Below are positions 34,390-43,159 of a stretch of DNA of 43,159 bases, piece after piece; positions within the stretch are counted from its first letter, which is position 1; every line of letters begins with the position of its first letter. Both the position numbers and the translations under genes were made by a program. The notes beneath the pieces were generated by a model. That model was given only the letters and a program-made list of their open reading frames with translations, ran no database searches and had not been told where the DNA came from. Source of the DNA: Perkinsus chesapeaki ATCC PRA-425 (lineage: Eukaryota; Protista; Perkinsozoa); assembly GCA_013115145.1 (NCBI GenBank), contig JAAPAO010000284.1, positions 1 to 43,159 on the forward strand. Reading direction: 5' to 3'.

Positions 34390-37359
34390 TTATGCCGAGT
34401 TGGATACGGCGTCAGGCTGAGCGGCTTCATATGCCGACAAGTTCCTGACTGGGGTGAAGTAACAGAAAATGGGATAAGATAGATATAACAAACCGATGAT
34501 CCATGTCAACAGTTGTCCCAGTACAGCCACACGGTGCTTCTGAGAGCGGGGGATAGTATGGTGCATCATGATAACCTTCTCGAGACCCTGTCCGAGATGT
34601 GCAATGAAGAAGCACACACCGCAGAGGTAGAAGATAACCCACCCGAAACTGGTGAACATCTCCTTGGTCATAAGATAGAGATCCTTGAATTCGACAACCG
34701 GGCAAGAGAGATCGTCCTCGGCACAATAGAAGGGATACATCCACTTTGCACGGAATCGGTAGATAGGAGCATGAGACTCGCGCACAAACCTCAACTGGCT
34801 AAGATGCACAATGAGGAAGATCAAAAGGAAAATACCAGTAATAGGCATCCAGAGCTGATCAAGAGGCATGTGGATGTTCTTGAACTTGAACGTTCTCATA
34901 AGAGCAACAACGACATGCATCAGACCGGCAAGCAAGAGATAGATCTCGACAGGAAGCATCAAAGTACCCCACACGAACGGATGGTTAAGGAAGTAGGCAT
35001 AGGCGTTGAAATGAACGGCACCGAAGAAAAGATGGATGTTACCGAGGGCGTGAATAACGACAAAGACGCACATGAACATAGCGGGACGCGTGACACCAGT
35101 CTTATCATAAGGATGCTTGAAGTTCTTGACGGAGAAGATGGTAGCGAAGACTTCATAAAGGAACAACCACACGAAGTAGCAGAAGGCAGCGCACCACTCA
35201 TACACCGTATAGCCAACAGCAGGTCCGAGTGGACCGAACTGCTTAGCGGTGTTTCTGTCAGGACCCCACCATTGCTCTTCAGAAAGGAGAGGAGTGCTCA
35301 AATCATTGGACACTGCACCAGCAGCTGCAGAAGAACCGCCGCCCATCACAGAGTTAAGAGGACCGAGGTAATACTTCTTGCCGATGGTACTCAATGTCTT
35401 GGAATCATGAATCATGTTGAACTGAGTAGAACCATCCTTACCAGCATAGCTCATAATAGCAGCAGCTCCACCAGGATGGATCGGAGCCCAGTCGGTAAGA
35501 TCGTAGACACCATCATCGATGATCATCCAGCAATCCTTATCAGTGTTGTGCTTTGCAACCTCCTCGGCACTCAACACCTTACCACCGGCAGGAGCGGCAC
35601 CAGTAGCGGGGGCAGCGGCTGCAGCAGCAGAGGCAAGTGGTCCGAGCTCATAAGGCTTTCCGTACTTCTCCATAGTGCCAGCAGGGTGGATCATGTTCCA
35701 CTCATCAGAGGCGTCCTTACCAGCGTACTGAAGAATAACAGCCTCTCCACCAGGATGCTTCGGGAGCCAGTCAGTGACGTTGTAAACCATGCCGTTGACG
35801 ATAATCCAGCAGTCATCCTTGGTAGTGTGCTTAGCAACTTCCTCCTCAGTGTAGCCTGCAGGTGCAGGAGCAGAAACTGAACCACCGGATCCAAGAGGAC
35901 CAAGTTCATAAGGCTTGCCGTACTTCTCCATAGTGCCCTTAGGATGGATGGCATTCCAATCATCAGAGGCATCCTGACCAGCGTGCTGAAGGATAACATC
36001 AGGTCCACCGGGATGCTTCGGGAGCCACTCAGTAACATTGTACACCATGCCGTTGACAACAATCCAGCAGTCATCCTTAGTAGTGTGCTTAGCAACCTCG
36101 TCCATAGTGAGAGCCGGAGTACTGGGCTGAGCCTCGCCACCAATAGTAGAGCCGAGGGCACCAAGCTCATAAGGCTTGCCGTATTTCTCCATAGTGTCCT
36201 TAGGATGGATGGCATTCCAGTCCGTAGAGGCATCCTGACCAGCGTGCTGAAGAATGATCTCAGGTCCACCGGGATGCTTCGGGAGCCACTCAGTGACATT
36301 ATAAACCATGCCATTGACAACAATCCAGCAGTCGTCCTTAGTAGTGTGCTTAGCGACCTCGTCCATAGTAAGCTTCACACCACCAGTGCTTGAACTACCC
36401 GCCATGGCGTCACCGAGCTTACCAACAATGTATTTGCCACCGTACTGCTGAAGAACCTCGGGACGATGGATGGAGTTGAAGGTGTTGGAAGCATCTTTAC
36501 CAGCAAACTTGACAATGGCAGCTTCTCCACCAGGGTGCTCGGGCAGGAACTTGGTAACGTTCATAACATAGCCGTTGACAACAACCCAGCAGTCATCCTT
36601 GGTGTTATGCTTAGCAACCTCCTCCATAGTGAGACGCTTAGCATTAGCAGCAGGGGCCGCGGACTTCTTGTTCTTACTCTTCAAGTCGCCAATGAGATAC
36701 TTGGCACCGTCTTTATCGAGAATGGAGTGCTCGTGGCATGTATTGAACTCCAAAGAGCAATCGGTACCAGCGAAGGCAGTGAGGGCCATGATTCCACCAG
36801 GATGCTCCTTCTCGAAGCTAGTGACATCATAAACCTTACCATCAATAACCAGCCAGCAATCATCATCAGTATTGTGTTGAGCGACCTCATCCATGGAGAT
36901 AGCGTCCACAAGACTTCCAACAAGATATTGCTGATAGTCCTTCAGCATGTCCTTCTCGTGAACGGTGTTGAACTCAAGTGAACAATCTTTACCAGCAAAG
37001 GCACTAAGAGCCAGAGAGCCACCAGGATGCTCGTTTTGGTATTTAGTAACATCATAGACCTGGCCGTTAATGATGACCCAGCAGTCATCATCGTTATCGT
37101 GCTTGGCAACCTGCTCTTTGGTGAAACCCTGACAGAGCTTACCAACGATAAGATCCTTATGCTGCTGTATGAGCTCCTTCTCGTGGACTGTGTTGTATTC
37201 AAGGGAACAGTCAGTACCGGCGAAGGCGTTGAGGGCCAAGGCGCCTCCAGGATGCTCATTCTGGTACTTGGTCACGTCGAGGATGTCACCGTTGATGATA
37301 AGCCAACAGTCTTTGTCAGTGTTGTGTTTTGCAACTTGCTCTTTAGTATAGGAACCCAT
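34390..37359 (-). CDS. 8 x cytochrome b5 domains fused to an SdhC/FrdC(b558)-type di-heme membrane domain, intronless, 989 aa
   Basis: Eight repeats of EVAKH...DCW.....VY.VT.....HPGG.......AG.D....(F/W/Y)N..H, each with both heme His. The C-terminus has about 6 TM helices with four His (VIHALGN, LMHVVVA, IVHLSQ, IAHLGQG). The ATG is at 37359; the ORF track start is an upstream GTG. Confidence 0.9.
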   Translation of the reverse strand: MGSYTKEQVAKHNTDKDCWLIINGDILDVTKYQNEHPGGALALNAFAGTDCSLEYNTVHEKELIQQHKDLIVGKLCQGFTKEQVAKHDNDDDCWVIINGQVYDVTKYQNEHPGGSLALSAFAGKDCSLEFNTVHEKDMLKDYQQYLVGSLVDAISMDEVAQHNTDDDCWLVIDGKVYDVTSFEKEHPGGIMALTAFAGTDCSLEFNTCHEHSILDKDGAKYLIGDLKSKNKKSAAPAANAKRLTMEEVAKHNTKDDCWVVVNGYVMNVTKFLPEHPGGEAAIVKFAGKDASNTFNSIHRPEVLQQYGGKYIVGKLGDAMAGSSSTGGVKLTMDEVAKHTTKDDCWIVVNGMVYNVTEWLPKHPGGPEIILQHAGQDASTDWNAIHPKDTMEKYGKPYELGALGSTIGGEAQPSTPALTMDEVAKHTTKDDCWIVVNGMVYNVTEWLPKHPGGPDVILQHAGQDASDDWNAIHPKGTMEKYGKPYELGPLGSGGSVSAPAPAGYTEEEVAKHTTKDDCWIIVNGMVYNVTDWLPKHPGGEAVILQYAGKDASDEWNMIHPAGTMEKYGKPYELGPLASAAAAAAPATGAAPAGGKVLSAEEVAKHNTDKDCWMIIDDGVYDLTDWAPIHPGGAAAIMSYAGKDGSTQFNMIHDSKTLSTIGKKYYLGPLNSVMGGGSSAAAGAVSNDLSTPLLSEEQWWGPDRNTAKQFGPLGPAVGYTVYEWCAAFCYFVWLFLYEVFATIFSVKNFKHPYDKTGVTRPAMFMCVFVVIHALGNIHLFFGAVHFNAYAYFLNHPFVWGTLMLPVEIYLLLAGLMHVVVALMRTFKFKNIHMPLDQLWMPITGIFLLIFLIVHLSQLRFVRESHAPIYRFRAKWMYPFYCAEDDLSCPVVEFKDLYLMTKEMFTSFGWVIFYLCGVCFFIAHLGQGLEKVIMMHHTIPRSQKHRVAVLGQLLTWIIGLLYLSYPIFCYFTPVRNLSAYEAAQPDAVSNSA

Positions 37360-37558
37360 TCTTAAAATGGAGGACCGAAAGGAACCTATGAAACTAATAA
37401 CACAGATGAGAGACACCCCAGCACGATGCCTAGCTAGGCCACGCTAAGCTTTTGACACAAAAACCCCGTCTATTTGAGAATCTTCTCACAATTTTCCCAA
37501 AGCCGGTGCAAGCGGTTACGCCACGAAGATACCGATAAGTTCCCCCGAAACATATCCT

Positions 37559-37867
37559 ATGCTAGTGGTCTCTATGGCATGTGTTAACGTTGCCTGTACC
37601 GAGGACGCTAAGCACGCTAAAAGGCCCCCTCACGGCAAAATGAGCATTCTTGAAGTCCAATTCAAGCCCTCCACACTTCCTAATGCGAGCATGTACATCA
37701 ATGTACGATCAAAGAGCGATGGAAGTACCTATATAAGTTTTACGGTAGCTCACAGTGCTGATAACCTTCGATTTCCCGACTCGAGGGCATTTGCACGCGT
37801 GCGCAAGGAGACAAATAACACAATGTTCAGCAAACACAACTTGACCTCGCGGCTTGTCTCCATTTAA
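37559..37867 (+). CDS. Small hypothetical ORF between the two b5 genes
   Basis: 102-aa ATG-initiated ORF with a mildly hydrophobic N-terminus; no family recognised. Confidence 0.2.
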   Translation: MLVVSMACVNVACTEDAKHAKRPPHGKMSILEVQFKPSTLPNASMYINVRSKSDGSTYISFTVAHSADNLRFPDSRAFARVRKETNNTMFSKHNLTSRLVSI

Positions 37868-38083
37868 GTCGTTTCCGATGGGCTGGCCACTACTTGAACT
37901 CAACATAGAGCATCTTTTCACTAACACACTTTTCAAAAAGTCAGCAGCGACTGCGTGATTCCCTATCAAAAATGCCAGTCGTCATGAGTTGATCGATAAC
38001 GAGCTTGGCCTAGGACAGTATTCGCGTCAACTTGCTAAATAGGGAATTGTCGGTCGCTGCATATGCAAACAACAATAATAGAA

Positions 38084-40315
38084 TCAGGGGCTCTTGTGGG
38101 GGTGGGGCTGCTGAGCCTGGTATGCATCCCAGTCCCGTATGGGGCACAAGTAGCAGTAAACGGGGAATGATAGATAACAGAGCCCGATAAATATAATAAT
38201 AGCCTCCGCCAAGGAAATAACGCTCGCCTTCCGGCTTCGGGGGATCAGAGAGTGAGATGTGATGATCTTGCGAATGCCCTCTTTTCCATGTGATATGAAA
38301 AAGATAACTCCAATCAAGTAGAAGGCACACCATCCAAGGTTGGAGAATAGCTCCATCTCCATTCTATATAGATCCTTGAAATGCACCACCTCACATGAAG
38401 TATCATCTTTTTCACAGAAGAACGGATACATCCATTTACTTCTGAAGTAGTACTTGGGCGCAGCGTCCTCGCTCACCAGCCTAAACTGGGTCAAATGGAC
38501 AACGATGAATGCCAGCAGGAATACACCCGAGATAGCCATCCATAGCTGATCAACACCCATAGAGATCTTCTTGAACTTATACGTTCTAACACATGCCACA
38601 ACAACGTGCATCAACCCAGCAAAAAGCAGGTAGAGCTCGACTGGCAGCATAAGCTTCCCCCATGGCACAGGGTGGTTTAGGAAGTAACCATAGGAGTTGA
38701 AGTGATCAGGGCCAGCGAAGATATGAAGGTTTCCAAGACCGTGGATCGTGACGAAGAATATCATAAAAAGTGCTGCTCTAGTGAGACCAGACTTGTCGTG
38801 AAGCACTTTGAAATTCTTAGCAGTAAAGACAGTAGCACCGATTTCATAACCAAGCATGAGGATAAAGTAGGCCAAAGCACAGGTATACCTCACAGAGAAC
38901 GTCGTTATTGATGGACCCAGCGGGCCGTACTCTGCTGCAGTGTTGCGCTCTTCGCTCCACCAGTGCTTACTGGCCAACGATGACTTCTCCAATAACGGTT
39001 GGGCCAAACTGTTGCCGATAGACGCAGCAGCCGGGACCGAACCCAGATCCCCGACAAAGTAAGTCTTGCCATGATTCTCCAACGTTCCTTCTGGATGGAT
39101 CATATTGAACTGTTCGGTAGCGTCCTTCCCAGCATAGGCCATAATAGCGGCAACACCACCAGGATGTAGAGGAAGCCATTTGGTGACATCATAAACCTTC
39201 CCGTTTATGATAACCCAGCAATCATCTTCCGAAGTATGCTTAGCCACCTCGCTCTCATCGAGCACCCCAGCTCCACCGTTAGCGCCGCCCATCATAGAGC
39301 CAAGCTCGGCTACTTCGTACTTTTTCCCGTACTTCTCCATAGTATCAGCCGGATGAATCATATTCCACTGCTCGCTGGCGTCCTTACCAGCATAAGCCAT
39401 AATAGCAGCTTCCCCACCCGGGTGGACTGCTAAGAACTCGGTGACATTGTAAACCATATTATTAACAACAATCCAGCAGTCGTCCTTGGTGTTATGCTTG
39501 GCCACTTCATCCAGCGTCAATGCATTACCGCCTTTGCTGGCCGGTGCTGCTGCTGCACCAATCTTCCCAATAATGTATTTACCACCATATTTCTGCAGCA
39601 CTTCCGGTTGATGTATCATGTTCCATTCCTCAGATGCATCCTTGCCAGCATACTGCATGATAGCAGCCTCACCGCCGGGATGCTCGGAGAGGAAGGCCGT
39701 TACGTTGAGGACAAAGTCGTTAACCACAACCCAACAGTCGCTCTTGCTGGTATGTTTGCCAACCTCACTCATCGACAGGCCACCACCGCCAGCGGCAATC
39801 GAGGTCGACCTTCGGCTCTTACGACGCTGTTTCTTCTGGACCATTACCGGCCCTAGAATGTACTGGCCAGCTTCCTCCTCAAGAAGGGACTTAGCGTGAC
39901 ATGTATTGTATTCTAGAGAGCAATCGGTGCCCCCAAAGGAAGTGAGAGCTATAGCTCCACCTGGATGATCATGTTGATATTTTGTTACATCTACCACCAT
40001 GCCGTTGATAACAACCCAGCAGTCCTCAGGCTCACGGTGCTTCTCGACCTCGGACATAGGTATACCTTCAGATAGAGTACCAATAATAAGGTCTTCAAAC
40101 TTATCCATAAGCTCCTTATCATGCACCGTATTGAACTCTAGAGAGCAGTCTGTGCCAGCAAATGCCGTAATTGACAAAGGGCCTCCTGGATGGTTTTGAA
40201 GGTACTTGGTGCAGTCGATAACATTGCCGTTGAGGACTATCCAGCAATCATCAGGACGATTATGCTTGGCCACCTGCTGAATGGTATATACCTTCTGGTC
40301 AGGTTGCTGCTGCAT
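38084..40315 (-). CDS. 5 x cytochrome b5 domains fused to the same SdhC/FrdC(b558)-type membrane domain, intronless, 743 aa
   Basis: Five HPGG...N..H b5 repeats. The membrane domain has VTIHGLGN, LMHVVVA, VVHLTQF and ISHGKEG and is colinear with the paralogue at 34390-37359. Confidence 0.9.
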   Translation of the reverse strand: MQQQPDQKVYTIQQVAKHNRPDDCWIVLNGNVIDCTKYLQNHPGGPLSITAFAGTDCSLEFNTVHDKELMDKFEDLIIGTLSEGIPMSEVEKHREPEDCWVVINGMVVDVTKYQHDHPGGAIALTSFGGTDCSLEYNTCHAKSLLEEEAGQYILGPVMVQKKQRRKSRRSTSIAAGGGGLSMSEVGKHTSKSDCWVVVNDFVLNVTAFLSEHPGGEAAIMQYAGKDASEEWNMIHQPEVLQKYGGKYIIGKIGAAAAPASKGGNALTLDEVAKHNTKDDCWIVVNNMVYNVTEFLAVHPGGEAAIMAYAGKDASEQWNMIHPADTMEKYGKKYEVAELGSMMGGANGGAGVLDESEVAKHTSEDDCWVIINGKVYDVTKWLPLHPGGVAAIMAYAGKDATEQFNMIHPEGTLENHGKTYFVGDLGSVPAAASIGNSLAQPLLEKSSLASKHWWSEERNTAAEYGPLGPSITTFSVRYTCALAYFILMLGYEIGATVFTAKNFKVLHDKSGLTRAALFMIFFVTIHGLGNLHIFAGPDHFNSYGYFLNHPVPWGKLMLPVELYLLFAGLMHVVVACVRTYKFKKISMGVDQLWMAISGVFLLAFIVVHLTQFRLVSEDAAPKYYFRSKWMYPFFCEKDDTSCEVVHFKDLYRMEMELFSNLGWCAFYLIGVIFFISHGKEGIRKIITSHSLIPRSRKASVISLAEAIIIFIGLCYLSFPVYCYLCPIRDWDAYQAQQPHPHKSP

Positions 40316-40449
40316 TGCTGTAAAAGTAACTGCATGGAAATGATATTAAACAAACAAACAACCACGACGACCACCGGGGGGGTAACATCGTCGATCGGAG
40401 CAGAGATAACAATCCCCCGACCCTACAGCACTGATACGACTATTGCTGC

Positions 40450-40662
40450 ATGAAGGTCGTAATACAGCCCTCAAAAGCGTTACCAAAAACTATATTCCTC
40501 GATATAAACAAGAATATTGTAACCAATAGAGACGTAATGAGTATTGGGCGAACCCTTCGGAATGTGCGCTGGGCGAGCGCTATTTACCACCATTATTTGT
40601 CTAATAAACCTGAGTTCGAAACGTGTTGTGAGTGCGAACGAGCTCTAGCTTTTTGCTCCTAG
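40450..40662 (+). CDS. Small hypothetical ORF
   Basis: 70-aa ATG ORF ending in CCECERALAFCS; nothing supports it except the open frame. Confidence 0.15.
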   Translation: MKVVIQPSKALPKTIFLDINKNIVTNRDVMSIGRTLRNVRWASAIYHHYLSNKPEFETCCECERALAFCS

Positions 40663-40949
40663 CGACGATGCTAGCTGGGATTATGCAGCGATGAACAGTA
40701 CACGATAAGCATTGATGAACTCGAGAGGAGGGGGGATGATGGATACTGCTGCTGCTACAGTGGAGGATGATGCAGCTTATTATTATATTATTTGGTACAC
40801 CAATCGTGGCTTAGTTAAAAGAAGAAAATTACAATAGCACGCTGGCAGTAACAACAAGCATATTCGACATAGAAAGCAACAATCGGCGTCATCATTAAAC
40901 AGTTAAACATTTCCCATCTTAGTCTTAAAGGATTGCGTCAGGCCTTGTA

Positions 40950-41310
40950 TTGCCAGCTTATCATTGGCGTTGAGGAAGGTATCCTCCTAATAATAACAAC
41001 AATAATATCGCAGCTGCAGCAGGTACCAGCGATGTCATACCTGTTCCTGCTCCTTTTGGATCTTCTTGACACGCCTATTGACCCTCCTAAGTTGATCCTT
41101 ATTCTCCCCAACCATTTGGTTGTTACGTTCGACCTGATAAGAGATCCACCCTACTAACAGCAGTAATGAGATAAATCCTAATAATAAAAACGCTTCCAGA
41201 CCACTCCCTGTGAAGCATTGCTGCCATGCGGAAGTATACACCGTGCTGCTGCTGCTGCTGCTATGTTGGATAGTATTGGTCCGAACAGCATAAGAGCAAT
41301 CCAGTACGCT
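40950..41310 (-). CDS. Hypothetical small single-pass membrane protein (spliced, boundaries uncertain)
   Basis: A TM segment (AFLLLGFISLLLLVGWISY) is followed by a charged coiled stretch (NKDQLRRVNRRVKKIQKEQEQ). Confidence 0.35.
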
Positions 41311-41347
41311 CTATTGGGTATACCACCATGACCATGCCCCCTAGTAA

Positions 41348-43159
41348 TTACCTGTCCTTGCAGATCAGTAGCGAGCTCGTCTTGTTTCTGCGACTGAGCT
41401 TGGATCCTTTCCGCAAAGTTCTGACAGGCATCAGCAGCTTTACCCTAATAAAGCGGCGACAGCATCCTACTCTAACATCGCCAATGGAGCTGCGGATTTG
41501 GTCCAGATCTCGATCGACATCATCAGAGAACGTTGAGCTGTTTGCGGAGGATAACTGTGCAATGGCGCTCATAGAATGGTACTATCCTCCGCTCACCGGC
41601 TACCTCATCATCATCCAACGGCTTTGTCTTGAGACCAAGCTTTTGCCGGTAGTTAGTAGCATCTGGTTTCTTCATCGCTTGCTTATTCACAGGCTCTGTG
41701 CTAACAACCCCACCTCGGCCACCAGGCATAACATCAGGATCCTCAGATGAAGATGAGTCTAGACCAACACAATAGCTACACGGCTTAGTTAAAATATTAC
41801 CATCGCCAAGGGAAAGGTTATCGAGGTCATCATCTAGGGACGAGTCATCGGAATCAGAATCCAAATCTTTTGGCTGTTTTGGTTTCTTCCCCTTCTTTCC
41901 ACCGAGCCTGAGATACTACGTGAAGGGACCTCCTCACGGTCATGAGCGCCCCACCACCAAGGCCGCTTTTTGGCCTCCTCCTCGGCCCTCCGTTTCTGTG
42001 CCAATGCCTTCTTCTTTCTATTGATCTTCTTTTGTTTATCAATCATTGCCTTTGCCGCTCCTACAGTCACACTGCTGCTCTCTGTACTACCACACTGTAG
42101 CCTTACCTAGCTGTTCCTCATTTCTATTATTCCATTCAACCGGTGGGGGCTTAGTATCCTTACGGTTGTAGAACAACAAACGAGTTATCCAATTGCGATT
42201 CATATCATCTACAACGCCTCGACTCTTCCTGATGGACAACAGAAGATATTCCTAGATCTCTGCAACCAGGCAATTGCGTAAGAAGGAATCTTCATCCCAT
42301 ATAACAATGGAGCCATCAGAAGGCTTGGATGGTATAAGCATTAGGCCATAGGGGCCATCTGCCAACGATCCACTTTGCGAATTTCACGGCTTTCGGTAAT
42401 GACTGGATAATTATAATATTACTGTAAATAATCTTCGACATCAGCTGCATCTCCTCTGATACGCTGCATCTGTTTAGTCTGATTCTCCATAGTAGTTGCC
42501 TAATCCGTCAGTCATTCGAGCACGGGTGAAGCTAAGATACGTTACAGTCTTTGATCCTATTTCCTTGGTCTCCTCTAGCATTCGCTTAGTCCGTTGCAAG
42601 GATGCCTTAGTCTGATTTCGAGTCTTCCGGATATCCCTAAACTAGAGTGTGCCACCCGGGCCATGAGCTCCCTTATAGTACGATTCAACTTTGCTGGCTT
42701 CATACTCATCATCACTGTCCACCTTATCATCTACGGCCTTCTGCTGCTGCCCATCCTGTGTACCGTCACCAAAGAGGATTTTCCTATTAGCTTGTTCTGA
42801 CATGTTTGATATTAACACTGAAAATCATGCCCTAGCAGACTGCCCAGCGTTGTCTCGCCATCCTGCGCCCTCCATATTGCGTGATATCCTCGTCACCAAA
42901 GCGTGCATGGATCAACCTATAGATTCCATCTAAAATGCTTTAATAAGTTTGGATCATGACCTATATGTCCGATAGACCCCTGTGTGAACCTAAGTGCCAT
43001 TTCCAGTCAAAGAACGAGATCAAACGCAACAACTGATTGCCGAATATCGAGTCAAATCGATTACCTGGGCGCGCGCTATTGCCCTGAATCGTGGCGGTCT
43101 AGTGGTTGAACTCGACATGGAAATGGGATGGGATCAAAAAGTTTCTTATATCTTATTGC
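41348..43159 (-). CDS. Hypothetical multi-exon charged protein, 5' part probably beyond the window
   Basis: Exon-like frames: QQQKAVDDKVDSDDEYEASKVESYYK, EYLLLSIRKSRGVVDDMNRNWITRLLFYNRK, AKAMIDKQKKINRKKKALAQKRRAEEEAKKRPWWW, DSDSDDSSLDDDLDNL. No family recognised. Confidence 0.5.

Noticed and set aside
34513-35880. 455-aa plus-strand ORF (and other antisense ORFs at 35944-37365)
   Set aside because: Shadow frames of the repetitive, codon-biased b5 gene on the opposite strand; the translations mirror the b5 repeat periodicity and have no independent motifs.
1-43159. CRISPR arrays, rRNA genes, prokaryotic operon signals
   Set aside because: None seen; the window is eukaryotic with spliceosomal introns.

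Overview
Eukaryotic, gene-dense, intron-rich protist DNA with many short GT-AG introns (mostly about 35-55 nt) and the standard code. Gene content and style suggest a Perkinsus-like alveolate; this is an inference, not a lookup. From left to right: a tRNA-Leu(UAA) gene and a decayed upstream duplicate; Rab23; small hypothetical genes; a short two-TPR HOP/STI1; an F-box-like/ankyrin gene; a long multi-exon coiled-coil locus; a TTC12 orthologue with an extra zinc ribbon; a tandemly duplicated [SV2-like MFS + S28 peptidase] cassette whose second copy is decayed; an EamA/DMT transporter; two intronless paralogues; and a partial hypothetical gene at the end. Two things stand out. (1) The paralogues at 34390-37359 and 38084-40315 fuse 8 and 5 His-His cytochrome b5 domains to a bacterial SdhC/FrdC (b558)-type di-heme membrane anchor, a candidate membrane-anchored multi-heme electron wire. 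(2) A ~2 kb DNA-transposon relic (28396-~30413) sits inside the second S28 gene. It encodes a RAG1/Chapaev-like N-terminal Cys/His domain and a RAG1/Transib-like C-terminal core (LH motif, HxxxxH, catalytic Glu), with a CACAG terminus and a target-site duplication. All family calls come from motif recognition by eye, and exon boundaries in hypothetical genes are approximate.
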